Shown: piece by piece, positions 36,736 to 47,192 of the stretch | How the letters are laid out: each line of letters begins with the position of its first letter | How positions within the stretch are numbered: position 1 is the first letter of the stretch | Virus record (IMG/VR): IMGVR_UViG_3300028832_000128 | Coordinates: 1 to 64,000 of that record | Source of the DNA: a virus | Lineage: Duplodnaviria; Caudoviricetes | Direction: 5' to 3' (one strand) | Length of the DNA stretch: 64,000 bases | Notes under the pieces: model-generated | Seen by the model: only the letters and a program-made list of their open reading frames with translations | Database searches by the model: none | Told to the model about the DNA's origin: nothing | Translations under genes and position numbers: made by a program

Positions 36736-37233
36736 TTAAGCATATTGTGCTAATAACTCTTTTTGCCTCATACCGGCTTGCTGTTGATTCAACCAATCGC
36801 TTAAATTAAACTGATCTCTTATGTTAGCTGCATTTAAAGCTGTAGCCACATTTTGATCGCTTAATGCAAGTCGTTGACTTGCTAAATCATTATTAAGTTT
36901 TTGTGTTGCTGCAATCTGTCCGCCTACGGTTCCGCCTCTGTTTGCCATAACCGTAGCAATAGACGAAGCTCCCTCTGCAGCTGCTCGGTTTAACTGATCT
37001 TCTTGTCCTTTTGTCAATGTTCCACTACCGTAAGTCGAAATCAAATTATTAAAAAAATCTTCATAAGGACTTGTATAACCTTCGTATCCGTAATCTTCTA
37101 AATATCCTCTTGCTCTTGCGTCTTTTTTATCCTGCCTGTTATTAGCGTTGCTTTGTGCCTTACCGCTAAACATACCGTCAAGAAAACCGCTTAAAGTATT
37201 TGCTGCTACTAATGCTGCTACTGGTAAAGCCAT
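36736..37233 (-). CDS. Putative small ejection/pilot protein
   Basis: Ala/Gly-rich hydrophobic N-terminus; homolog at 1..268. Confidence 0.55.
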   Translation of the reverse strand: MALPVAALVAANTLSGFLDGMFSGKAQSNANNRQDKKDARARGYLEDYGYEGYTSPYEDFFNNLISTYGSGTLTKGQEDQLNRAAAEGASSIATVMANRGGTVGGQIAATQKLNNDLASQRLALSDQNVATALNAANIRDQFNLSDWLNQQQAGMRQKELLAQYA

Positions 37234-37235
37234 AA

Positions 37236-37565
37236 TTACACCTCTCTTAATTTATTTATTTTTTCTATCAAATCATTTTTTTGTATTTTCTTTTGTGCTA
37301 AATACCGCTTTGCTTCTTCTTTTCTTTCTGTCGTTTGTTCGTCGTCGTCAATAATTAATATATCTCTGAGCATATCTATATTTATTTTTTCTATTTGTTT
37401 TTCTAATACTGCAATTTGTTCGTCTGCCGTAGGTTCGCTATTTCGCACAACTTCGTAATATTCGCCCTTATCTTCGATATGAGCATTGTTTTCGTCGCAC
37501 CATTTTGCTACGGTTGCATAATAAAAATTATCTTTTATAGGTTTTTGTATTTTTGTTCCTATCAT
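37236..37565 (-). CDS. Tail-associated small protein
   Basis: Homolog of 270..602. Confidence 0.6.
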   Translation of the reverse strand: MIGTKIQKPIKDNFYYATVAKWCDENNAHIEDKGEYYEVVRNSEPTADEQIAVLEKQIEKINIDMLRDILIIDDDEQTTERKEEAKRYLAQKKIQKNDLIEKINKLREV

Positions 37566-37577
37566 AACTTTTTCTCC

Positions 37578-38087
37578 TTAATAACCGCAGGCATACCAAT
37601 AACAACTTGCATTATAATCGTTTCCTATTTTAAAATCGGTTTTACTGTGGGTTCTAATATCTACCGCCTCATCGATACCTGTATTGATTAATGTTGCAAC
37701 TATTGTGTAATCTGTTGTTGTAAAAGGCGTAGGAAAATTTCTTGTTGTGTTTGCTGTTGCTGTTCCGCCTTGTTCTTTCCATCCGTCCGAATAAACCCTA
37801 TACCAATCTGTTCCGTTTCTATATGTTTGTGTTATATATGCTCTTGGTTCTATAGGTTCCACTTCTTGACTTATACTTCTTTTATATAAAACGCCATTAA
37901 CATTTATACATATATAAATATTTCCATTAACATTATTAAATCCTACATTTCCGTTTTCCAAAACAGATAAAATTTCTTTATCGGTCTTATTATCAAATAC
38001 TTTAAAATTTTTATCCTGTGCCTGATTAAACAGAATATTAAACAAAGTATTGATTTTATCGTCAGATACATTATAAGGTTTTTTCAT
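37578..38087 (-). CDS. Tail protein with gp53-like C-terminal domain
   Basis: WYRVYSDGWKEQGG; start set to MKKPY by homology with A. Confidence 0.6.
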   Translation of the reverse strand: MKKPYNVSDDKINTLFNILFNQAQDKNFKVFDNKTDKEILSVLENGNVGFNNVNGNIYICINVNGVLYKRSISQEVEPIEPRAYITQTYRNGTDWYRVYSDGWKEQGGTATANTTRNFPTPFTTTDYTIVATLINTGIDEAVDIRTHSKTDFKIGNDYNASCYWYACGY

Positions 38088-38089
38088 AT

Positions 38090-41041
38090 TTACCCTCTGT
38101 TCAACTCTCTTAAAGTTTGCCAATACAAAACAATATCATGAATTTCTGTTTGATTTTCAGCTTGCCAACTAAATTTAAGTTTTATTGTTTGTCCTCTTAC
38201 GATACCCGTCAACGTCTTAATTATTTCCGTTAAAACATCTTTATAAGTTAAAACATAATTAACGTATTCTCCGTCGTTTACACTTACTCCAACGGTTATA
38301 TTTTGGCTTGCGATATATCTTGTTTTTATTTTTCTAAACAAGTTTTCAAAATCGCTTAAAGCAAACTTTTTTGTTACAAAATAACTTATATAATTACTTT
38401 CGTCGTTTTTATATCCTGTTTCTTTTTTATAAACCTGTCCTTCTGTAGCACTTATTGCAAACAAATCGTCGTTACTTTTGCAATAATCAAAATTATTTTC
38501 GTTATCTTTAATTGTCCAATATCCGGCTTTATCATAAACACATTCAATAGCGTTGTCGCTCGATTGTTTATCTTGCGGAATATTTAACCTGTATTTATCT
38601 TTATAAACAATCGCACATACTTTGGTTATGTTTTCGCTTGTGTAATATGTTACTTTTAAATCATTGACAAAATTATCACAAAGCTCAGGAAACGTTACTT
38701 TAAATTGAATATAAATATTAAGTGTAATATCATTCGGCACTTGTTCGCCGTTAGCTATTTCATACCAAGTAGCATTACTTAAATCTGTTAAATCTGCTCC
38801 GCTTCTCATATATACGGTTGCTACGCCTGAATAAAATCCTCTTTCTATTCTTGTAAATTCGCTTATTCCCCAAGCCTGAGGCGTTACGGTATTTATTTTT
38901 ATAGGTTCACTTATATAACTATAACTTCCGAGCGTCCAAAAAATAAACCATCTTAAACCGAAAAACCCTTTTGTAAACTCTATTTTATAACGAACGTATC
39001 TGTGAGCATTATTTATGTTTAAAGATATATCGGATAAATTTGTTATTGTATATTCTGTAATATAAGCACTGTCTATATCGCTCCAATGTTCTACGCTTGT
39101 AGGATAATTCGCAACCGAAATTTTTATCGTATATCCGCTATAAGTATCGTCAGCCGCTAATTGTAATCTATTAATCGTAAATCCTGTTGCTCCGTAATCT
39201 ATCTCGGCACTTTTATAAGTATAATCGGCTAAATCTATATTTGTGTTATACTTTAATAACGGGCTTTGATTTTGCAGTGTATCGGCATAATAACCGTCTC
39301 CGTTATGAGAATATGTTGCTAATTTTACAATAAATTGACATCCATATCCGCTAACTCTTTCACTTGCTCCGCCGTTACCGCATACCCAATAAGTTGTATT
39401 AGCTTCCATAGCAACGTTATTGAAACTAAAGCTGTTGTAAGCATTAACAGATATAGAATCATACCCTTTGTTTGCTGTTGTGGCTACAACTTGACCGTTA
39501 TAACTTCCTTTTCTAAGTTGTAAAAACACATATCCGTCTTTTGTATTGTTGTTATAACTTTTAGATGTTATGTATATTTGCACATCTTGCAAATTCCAAT
39601 TTTTTATTTTAGGTTCGATTTTAAAACAAAAACCTCTTCTTATAACTTCACTACCTGTAGAGGTATAAGATAAAATATTTTTCGTATCGCTGCTACTTGC
39701 AGTCGATTCAAAATCCGTTCTTATGCCGCAATTTAAAACAGTATCTGTTACATCCAAAAACTTACCGACGCTTTCTTTTTGCGTCCATACTCCGGTTTCG
39801 CTAAAATATACAGAGTTAGTTATTCTTCTTATTCCTTGCGGTAACAATGTAACAATACCGTTTGTAGTTGCTCCGGTATTATCCCAATTACTATTTTTCT
39901 TATAGCTTCTTTCAATTTGCGTTCCGGTTGCTACAGATATATTTTTTGTCTTATCCTGTATTTGTTCGTCTATTAATACGGCAGTATTACCGTTTAATTG
40001 TGCTACTCCGTCAAGACTCAAATATGTTAAAAACCCGTTAAACAGTCTTATTGTCTCATGAGCTACGGTTCCGTAAGTTGTATCAACTTTATTACTTGTC
40101 CACTGGTCTATATCTCCGTTTGTTAAATATCTGTAGACGTGATGTTGTTTAAATATGTATATGTAAGCACCGCCAAACGAAGCACCGCCTGTAATCTTTT
40201 CTCCGTCGTCTTTACCCACAGTATCATAATTAAGCCCGTAAACAGGCGTCCATCTTACAGGATCATACGGTTGGCTCCAATATACTCCGTTATCGTCTTC
40301 TATACTGCCAAGTCCAAACAGTCTCTCCTGATGTATAAAGCCGATTCTTAATCCTTGCGGAACATTATTATTTACACAATCAGATGTTTCTGTTCTTGTA
40401 TATGTTACTCCGCCGCTATCTGTTAAAGTTGTTCCGCTTACACTTGATACTGTATATTGTATTTTTGTTCTGTAAAGGTCGCTAAAAATAACGGCTCCGC
40501 TTGATGGATTATCACTTAAAGTATAATATACATTTCCGTCATTATTGCTTAACCAGCCGTAAAAATTATCTCTGTTTAAGTAAGTTGCTTTATTTCTGTA
40601 AATTACAAGTATGCAAGCGTTATTAAAATCTTCGTTTTCAATTACCGGATATTTTCCTGTAAACACAAATAAGCGGTCGTTGTATTGAGCGAATCTCACT
40701 CTTACATTTTCGTCTATTAAAACATCTTCGTCGGTTCCGTTATTATTTATTTTAATTTTGTTAAAATTGTCTCTGTTTAGCGGACTATACCATAAATATC
40801 CGCCGCAAGCCACAATTAGCAAACTGCCGTCAACTTTACTGTTGTAAATGGCACAACCCATACAGCTTTTATTATCAAGTAAAGTGCCGTTTACTTTAAT
40901 TTTACCTTTAATGCTTTTCGGTAAATAGTTGTCCGACAAATCTATATTACAACAATCACTAAAAGCATTGTCGCTTATTTTGTCAGCCGGTAACCTTGAA
41001 ATAAGCCCTTTTGAAAAATTATCAATAACTTTAGTTTCCAT
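38090..41041 (-). CDS. Tail tubular/nozzle-like protein
   Basis: Homolog of 1144..4095. Confidence 0.6.
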   Translation of the reverse strand: METKVIDNFSKGLISRLPADKISDNAFSDCCNIDLSDNYLPKSIKGKIKVNGTLLDNKSCMGCAIYNSKVDGSLLIVACGGYLWYSPLNRDNFNKIKINNNGTDEDVLIDENVRVRFAQYNDRLFVFTGKYPVIENEDFNNACILVIYRNKATYLNRDNFYGWLSNNDGNVYYTLSDNPSSGAVIFSDLYRTKIQYTVSSVSGTTLTDSGGVTYTRTETSDCVNNNVPQGLRIGFIHQERLFGLGSIEDDNGVYWSQPYDPVRWTPVYGLNYDTVGKDDGEKITGGASFGGAYIYIFKQHHVYRYLTNGDIDQWTSNKVDTTYGTVAHETIRLFNGFLTYLSLDGVAQLNGNTAVLIDEQIQDKTKNISVATGTQIERSYKKNSNWDNTGATTNGIVTLLPQGIRRITNSVYFSETGVWTQKESVGKFLDVTDTVLNCGIRTDFESTASSSDTKNILSYTSTGSEVIRRGFCFKIEPKIKNWNLQDVQIYITSKSYNNNTKDGYVFLQLRKGSYNGQVVATTANKGYDSISVNAYNSFSFNNVAMEANTTYWVCGNGGASERVSGYGCQFIVKLATYSHNGDGYYADTLQNQSPLLKYNTNIDLADYTYKSAEIDYGATGFTINRLQLAADDTYSGYTIKISVANYPTSVEHWSDIDSAYITEYTITNLSDISLNINNAHRYVRYKIEFTKGFFGLRWFIFWTLGSYSYISEPIKINTVTPQAWGISEFTRIERGFYSGVATVYMRSGADLTDLSNATWYEIANGEQVPNDITLNIYIQFKVTFPELCDNFVNDLKVTYYTSENITKVCAIVYKDKYRLNIPQDKQSSDNAIECVYDKAGYWTIKDNENNFDYCKSNDDLFAISATEGQVYKKETGYKNDESNYISYFVTKKFALSDFENLFRKIKTRYIASQNITVGVSVNDGEYVNYVLTYKDVLTEIIKTLTGIVRGQTIKLKFSWQAENQTEIHDIVLYWQTLRELNRG

Positions 41042-41044
41042 TTT

Positions 41045-41683
41045 TTAACCTCTCGGTCTTGCAATAGTAAATTCGGTTACTGCGTCAATCTTAAATTTTA
41101 AATCTTTAATATCTTTTAAATCTTGCAAATATAAACTGTTATATCTGTCGCTAAGTGCAATATTACCGTCTTCAAGCATACATCTGTAAATTACTCCGTC
41201 AATAATCGCTTGCGAAGCACTTTGTAATTGTTCCGTATTATTAAACGGTTTATCTGTAGAATCAACCATATTATCGGCAACACCTATATAATGTAACGTT
41301 ATATCGCTTGCCGCTTGAGGTTTCGGCACTAAATTTATAACATTAAATTCTTGATAATATGCTTTAGGTTCGCCTGTTTCTTCTCTCCATACTTTTGAAT
41401 TAAATATACACATATCGTCAAGCTGTTGTGCTGTAGTTCCCATAAGTCTTTTATTTTCATACACAACGGCAACCACTTTTAAACAATCTGCAGGAATAGA
41501 ATAGTTTTCGGCTATAGCGTTAAAACTTACCGTATTTGTTTTTAATAACAATTCTGTTTTTCTGCAAATATCGGCTTGTATTAAATTAGCTCTTCTTAAA
41601 AGTTCGCTATCTGTCCAATGTCCGCCTGTTTCAGGTTCTTTTAAACTTCTTTTTATTTCTGCTAAAATTTCGCTCCATTGCAT
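41045..41683 (-). CDS. Head-tail adaptor-like protein
   Basis: Homolog of 4099..4737. Confidence 0.6.
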   Translation of the reverse strand: MQWSEILAEIKRSLKEPETGGHWTDSELLRRANLIQADICRKTELLLKTNTVSFNAIAENYSIPADCLKVVAVVYENKRLMGTTAQQLDDMCIFNSKVWREETGEPKAYYQEFNVINLVPKPQAASDITLHYIGVADNMVDSTDKPFNNTEQLQSASQAIIDGVIYRCMLEDGNIALSDRYNSLYLQDLKDIKDLKFKIDAVTEFTIARPRG

Positions 41684-41694
41684 ACATTATCTCC

Positions 41695-43785
41695 TTACTG
41701 TAAACTTACCGGAGTTTCTACCATGCCCGGCACTTGTGCGGCTTGCTCTTCCGTCATACCTTTAGGAGCAAAATTAGGTTGCTCCTGCGGTGGTAACCCT
41801 GCCTGTTGCGGCTTTTGTGCGCCCATCAACTGTCTTAATATTTCCTGTTGCATAAGTTGTTGTTGCTGCTGTTGTTGCAACTGCAAATATCTTACATGCT
41901 CCTCAATATGTTTTTGTCTTATCGGTTCGTAAGCGGGATTAAGCTCAACTGCTTCATGTGCCTGAATATGAGCAACGTGATTTTCTTGCTGTTTTGCAAA
42001 CGGTGTTTCTCCTTGACTCATTAAAATATTTTCGTCTTGCGGACTTACAAGTTGGCTATCAACTTCTTTTGAAATAATAGAAAGGTCGCCGTCATTTAAT
42101 ATTTCGGCAATCTTTTTGGCAAGCTCTGTAATATTCCAAATACCGCCCGGACTTTTAATTGCCATATTGTAAAGGTTCATTAACTGTTGCCCTTTTACAA
42201 CTTTATTTTCTGTCTCGCTTACCGAAAGTGGTATAAAATCAAAATCGCTCATTAACACCTTACTTAAATCGTAATCGTCATTAATCTTAATATTCATTGC
42301 AGCAACATAAGCCCCAAACGCTTCGGCTCCTATTATCTTTTTTACGTCGTTTGTGCTCATAAATTGCAAATTATAGCCGTATGCTTTTCGTAAATACGCT
42401 TTTATAACTTCGTCTTCGAATGTTCTGAGTTTTGTAAATATTTCTCTTTGCGAAGAATTATTTATTGCGTTAGCTTCCGTTGCCGTTGTATCATATCTTG
42501 CAGGCAATCCTTGTAAATTTGCAGAAGCTCCCGTAACTGTCATAATATCGTTTTTGGTTAGCTGTATTCCTCTTAACGCAGCCTCGGACACATTCGGCGG
42601 TCTTACAAATGTTACGCCGTCTTTACCTGTTTGACTGTGCATAATACCTCTCGGTCTTGATTTTAATTCCGATTCAGGTATTCCTGCCTGAGCGTCCACA
42701 ACCATCATACAATCAAGTATCATAGTCAAATCGTCCATAAATTGATTCATAAAATCATTTAATGCGAGTTGACTTTCTTTTGCAAGCTCGGGCACGCCCA
42801 TCCCTATACTTTCGGCTTTTTTAATATCTTCCCACTTAAAAAGCACATAAGGCTTTTCCTGAATATCATAAGGATTTAATTCACATCTTATTACCTGTTT
42901 TTTATCTATAACGGTTATAATACATTCTTCTTCTATACCGTCGTCGTCAATATCAAAATTACACCAACATTCAAGCAACTCATGTCTTTTTTTATCGACT
43001 CTCATTGTGTCGCCCGTTCCTACACTGGCAGCGGTATGAGCATAATTTTCAGTAACGTCAGGCTCTGTAATACCGGCTTCATGGCGTTGTAAATACTCTT
43101 CAACTCCAAAATAACTGTCGTTACCTTTAGCCATAATTCTTAAATCGCTTTCGCTTACATTCGGTATTTTTTCAATAATAGCTTCCTGTTCTTCCCATTT
43201 TCTGTAAAAATCCCAAAACACATTTTCAAGTTCAAGCACGCTAAAATCTATATTATCGTAAATAGGAACACTATCTTTTTTAACTTTCGGTATAAAAAAC
43301 TCGCCTGTTCCTATACTTTTAATAATACCCATAATACCTTTTCTGTCTTCTATATTTTTTAATACATACTTCTTTTTTTGCACCCAGCTCACTTTAGCTA
43401 TTGCCGTTCCGTTAATAATTGCTGTTTCTAAAAAACGTCTTACTTTTGTTCTAAAGTTTATTTTCTGTTGCTGTAAATTTAAAATTTTTGTATTTATTTC
43501 GGCTTTCTTTTCGTCATTCGGTCCGCCTACACCTTGCAACTTAAAGTTAGGTTTTTTTGCAAACAAACATTCGTCGCAAAAATTCAATAAAGTTCTTACC
43601 GCTTTTCTTGTTTCGGGCACAAACAAGTTGGCTACACCGTTGACATAAGTTTTTTTAGAATATTTATTGTTATATAGCTTATCGTAATCAATCCACTTTT
43701 GTTCGGTTTCTGATCTTTCAGAATACCTTGAAAAAGTAGTTAAAACAAAATTCAAAGCCTTTTGGTGTAATTTTTCTTTATTCAT
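41695..43785 (-). CDS. Portal protein
   Basis: Homolog of 4749..6839. Confidence 0.75.
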   Translation of the reverse strand: MNKEKLHQKALNFVLTTFSRYSERSETEQKWIDYDKLYNNKYSKKTYVNGVANLFVPETRKAVRTLLNFCDECLFAKKPNFKLQGVGGPNDEKKAEINTKILNLQQQKINFRTKVRRFLETAIINGTAIAKVSWVQKKKYVLKNIEDRKGIMGIIKSIGTGEFFIPKVKKDSVPIYDNIDFSVLELENVFWDFYRKWEEQEAIIEKIPNVSESDLRIMAKGNDSYFGVEEYLQRHEAGITEPDVTENYAHTAASVGTGDTMRVDKKRHELLECWCNFDIDDDGIEEECIITVIDKKQVIRCELNPYDIQEKPYVLFKWEDIKKAESIGMGVPELAKESQLALNDFMNQFMDDLTMILDCMMVVDAQAGIPESELKSRPRGIMHSQTGKDGVTFVRPPNVSEAALRGIQLTKNDIMTVTGASANLQGLPARYDTTATEANAINNSSQREIFTKLRTFEDEVIKAYLRKAYGYNLQFMSTNDVKKIIGAEAFGAYVAAMNIKINDDYDLSKVLMSDFDFIPLSVSETENKVVKGQQLMNLYNMAIKSPGGIWNITELAKKIAEILNDGDLSIISKEVDSQLVSPQDENILMSQGETPFAKQQENHVAHIQAHEAVELNPAYEPIRQKHIEEHVRYLQLQQQQQQQLMQQEILRQLMGAQKPQQAGLPPQEQPNFAPKGMTEEQAAQVPGMVETPVSLQ

Positions 43786-43797
43786 GTTTTTTTCTCC

Positions 43798-45294
43798 TTA
43801 TTGTCCTAACCCGTAACCGGTAACACTACCCGAATTATAAACATAATTATCTTGCTCAATAGCTCTAAACGCTTTACCGTGTTTATATTTAATTTTCAAT
43901 ACAAGTGCATATCTTAAAGCGTCAGGCAAATCGTCATAAACTTTTTTAGGTCTTTCTTTAATTGCCGTTTGTCTGTTCGGTTCGCTCCATACATATTTAC
44001 CCATACAACTTATAAGTTGTTTGCATTTATCTCCGAAAAAATACATATTCGGTTCGCCGTTAGCGTTTATATGCAAATATTCACATACCGCATTTTTACC
44101 TACAACGAAATTTTTTGTAGAAGATCTAAACACAAGGTTCCATTTTAATCTTAGTCCTTCAGCTCCAAACTCTCTCTGTGCGTTTCTTCCCGATATTCTG
44201 TCAGGTGTTGCTGAAATAGAATCAATAAATCTATACTCGGCAGGTCCGCCTGTTTCTTGTTCTTTGGCTACAATTTTCTCGGCAATCTCTTTAACCGTTC
44301 CGCCTGTAACAAGTTCATCGTAAACAAACGCCCTGTCTTTTTCGTCAATTGCTACCCACACAACAACACAATCTTTTTGGCTATGATAATCCATAGCACA
44401 AATTCTTACCCAATTTTCAGGTATATCAAAACTTTTCATTATATGTTTGGCACAAAACTCTTTATAAACAAGCCCGGACAAATGTTTAAATTTGCCGTAA
44501 ACTCTTGCTTCTCTTTCTTCTTCCGGTATTTGGCTTATAAAAAATTCTCTTGCTTTATCTGTCAAATAAATATTGTCAAACAACGAAAATTCAAACACAT
44601 CGGTATCTTTGTCGCCATGCAAACCTTTTAAATAAATCTCGTCATATATCCAAGGTTCATTTAAAGGAGTTGCCGTAATCCATACCTTTCCGTCAAATCT
44701 CATTAAACCCCTTATTGTAGCCGTATATTTATCCTGTGGCGGCGGTTCGTCAAAATGACATCCGTGTCCTGTCCAACCTTCATATAAATCGGTTTCTTGT
44801 TCATAACTCATAAGTTCGATAGTAGAACCGTTTTTAAAATATATCTTCTTCCATTGTCCGCCCGAATACTTTGCAGGTCTTCCTTTTAATGTTTCGGGCG
44901 GAATCAATTTTTGATATTTACTTACAATAACTTCTTGAATACCTTTGTCTAAATCGTTCGCACATACTCTTAATTTATATGGCGGTCTGCACTTCATTTT
45001 TTCAATTGTATTACCAAGTCCTAACGCAATTCTTATATCTTCGGCACATCCGCATTCTGTTTTACCTGTCTGATTGCCACCTAAAGCAAGTCTCACTTTT
45101 TTAAAACTGTTATGAAACTTTTGCTGATACGGTTGCGGACGGTAATAACATATTCCGTAGTTTTTTTCTCTGTCTTCAAGTTCATATTTATAATTAAGCA
45201 AAGCATTCAGCTTATCAAGCGATAAACTTTCCAAGTCAATATTATTCGCTTTTACAAACTCGTCAAATCTGATAGGTTCTATATTTTCAAACAT
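43798..45294 (-). CDS. terL: Terminase large subunit
   Basis: Same motifs as A copy. Confidence 0.9.
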   Translation of the reverse strand: MFENIEPIRFDEFVKANNIDLESLSLDKLNALLNYKYELEDREKNYGICYYRPQPYQQKFHNSFKKVRLALGGNQTGKTECGCAEDIRIALGLGNTIEKMKCRPPYKLRVCANDLDKGIQEVIVSKYQKLIPPETLKGRPAKYSGGQWKKIYFKNGSTIELMSYEQETDLYEGWTGHGCHFDEPPPQDKYTATIRGLMRFDGKVWITATPLNEPWIYDEIYLKGLHGDKDTDVFEFSLFDNIYLTDKAREFFISQIPEEEREARVYGKFKHLSGLVYKEFCAKHIMKSFDIPENWVRICAMDYHSQKDCVVVWVAIDEKDRAFVYDELVTGGTVKEIAEKIVAKEQETGGPAEYRFIDSISATPDRISGRNAQREFGAEGLRLKWNLVFRSSTKNFVVGKNAVCEYLHINANGEPNMYFFGDKCKQLISCMGKYVWSEPNRQTAIKERPKKVYDDLPDALRYALVLKIKYKHGKAFRAIEQDNYVYNSGSVTGYGLGQ

Positions 45295-45770
45295 TATGCT
45301 CCTATTTTCGGAATACTTGTTGAAAATTCTACGGCTTCAATTTGTTCAATTGTTGTGCATTGTTCCAAAGCATTTATTGCGGTTCTCCATGCGGCTCTTG
45401 CCTGTGCAAGTGCTGCATACTGCTCTTGGCTTATTACGCCCTCGCCATACTTAATTGCTTCATAATCGGTCGCCTCAAGCAACTTTTTTAATCTGTTTAT
45501 TTTTAATTCTTTGTTTGCAATTACATCGGCTTCAATTGCCTTGTTCCAATAATAATCAAAATGAGCAACAATACTCTCTTTTGTTATATTTGCAACTTTC
45601 GGATATATCAATCTTACTGCGTCAACTTCATATACGGTTTTATTTTGTCCGTTTTCGGTTTCAACGGTTTTTTCAACCGCATTTTTAAACAACAAAACTT
45701 CCGTAAATCTATCTGTTTGTCTAACATCAACATTATCTTGTGGCACTACATCAACCGTTATTTTGCTCAT
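45294..45770 (-). CDS. Tail-fibre assembly chaperone-like protein
   Basis: LEATDY...RAAWRTAIN; ATGA-coupled to RT. Confidence 0.5.
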   Translation of the reverse strand: MSKITVDVVPQDNVDVRQTDRFTEVLLFKNAVEKTVETENGQNKTVYEVDAVRLIYPKVANITKESIVAHFDYYWNKAIEADVIANKELKINRLKKLLEATDYEAIKYGEGVISQEQYAALAQARAAWRTAINALEQCTTIEQIEAVEFSTSIPKIGA

Positions 45771-46783
45771 TTACACAACCCCCTTAATTGACTATAATTT
45801 ATTTTTGAATTTATGTAATTTTCCAACTTAAAACTGCTAAACCATTTTAATCCGCCAAGTCTGCAACTTAATCTTGTAGCCCAATATTTACACGGTTTTT
45901 TAACATAATGTTTTAATGTTCTGTATAATCCGTATAAATTTCTTTTTCTAAGTAAAACATAATTATAAAAGAACCTGTAACCGAGCATATCAATCCCTCT
46001 TACTTTGGTTCTGAAAATTTGCCAATTTTGTTTAAGTTTTAATTCTGCTTTTTGTAATATTTCCACTATGGTAGGTAATAATCTGCGTAATTTTCTTTTA
46101 TTGCTTGAAAGCACAATAAAATCGTCAACGTATCTCAAATAATAATTAATTCCGTCCGATTGTCTTATTGTTGTATCTAATTTTAATAACAAAAGATTCT
46201 CAAACCATGCACTTGTGTAATTTCCAAGCGGTAAACTTTTCATACTAAATGCTACTGTTTGTAACAGTTTTAAATATTTTTTATCTTTTATAAAACGTTT
46301 AAAGCACTCTACAACATACTGCGGTTTTATATTGTCGTAACATTTTTTAATATCACATTTAAGGCACCACTTCGTTCCTTTTTTGTCGGTATTAAGCCAT
46401 CTTGTAATTGCTTTGTAACCGTAATGAATACCACGCCCCGGAATTGAAGCAATAGCGTATGGATCCAATCTTTTCAACAATCTGTCATACACCAAATCAA
46501 TTAACAGATGGTGTATACACTGGTCCGGATAAAATACAGGTTTGTGTAATACTCTACGCTTGCCTGACGGTTGGTCGACTATATTACATACGGTATAAGG
46601 CGACGGTTTATATGTTTGTGTTAAAACCATCTCTTTTAATTCTTCCGCATAAAAATCAATATTGTTTAAAACTTTTTTAACACTGTTTCTTTTAGTTTTA
46701 AACTTTGCGGCTTTTAAAATTATCCGTTTACAATACTCTGTTGTAATTTTCTCGTTGGTAATCAAATTTCCAACTCTTTTCAT
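45767..46783 (-). CDS. DGR reverse transcriptase (B)
   Basis: YVDD, LPLGNYTSA, GIDMLGY; 338 aa. Confidence 0.95.
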   Translation of the reverse strand: MKRVGNLITNEKITTEYCKRIILKAAKFKTKRNSVKKVLNNIDFYAEELKEMVLTQTYKPSPYTVCNIVDQPSGKRRVLHKPVFYPDQCIHHLLIDLVYDRLLKRLDPYAIASIPGRGIHYGYKAITRWLNTDKKGTKWCLKCDIKKCYDNIKPQYVVECFKRFIKDKKYLKLLQTVAFSMKSLPLGNYTSAWFENLLLLKLDTTIRQSDGINYYLRYVDDFIVLSSNKRKLRRLLPTIVEILQKAELKLKQNWQIFRTKVRGIDMLGYRFFYNYVLLRKRNLYGLYRTLKHYVKKPCKYWATRLSCRLGGLKWFSSFKLENYINSKINYSQLRGLCK

Positions 46784-46963
46784 TTCGTTTTATTTCCTGT
46801 TTTTTTATCTTTTTTTACACTTCTTATAGTGTTTATATCTTTCAGAGTTTTCTATTCGTTAAAAACGAAATACTAACCCTGCCTTTTGTTGTCTTATTTT
46901 CACCAAGTGGTGCGGATTATACAAACAATAGAAAATATTTTTACTCCAAGTTTTTAAGATATT

Positions 46964-47064
46964 AACTCAGCGGGCACCGTTATTCCGCCTCGCATTGTCA
47001 AGCCCGTTGTTCAAATTCCAGTAGAAAGCCCCGTAATTCGCCCCGTTGTTGCAATTGCCGCCAT
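46964..47064 (-). repeat. DGR template repeat TR-B
   Basis: 101-bp match to 47202..47302; 15 mismatches at TR adenines, 1 at a C. Confidence 0.97.
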
Positions 47065-47134
47065 TTTGTATAACCCGTAGGGATTAATCCCTGTTTTACC
47101 TCTATTTAAAGAACAAGTTTTTATTTCTTTAGCT

Positions 47135-47173
47135 TTAAGGGAAAAGGCGGCACTGCGTGCCTTTTTCCCTTAA
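47135..47173 (-). promoter_or_regulatory. Hairpin downstream of VR-B
   Basis: Same 11-bp outer stem as in A plus inner ggcac-gca-gtgcc hairpin. Confidence 0.65.
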
Positions 47174-47192
47174 CAACCCTTTTCTAAAAGGC

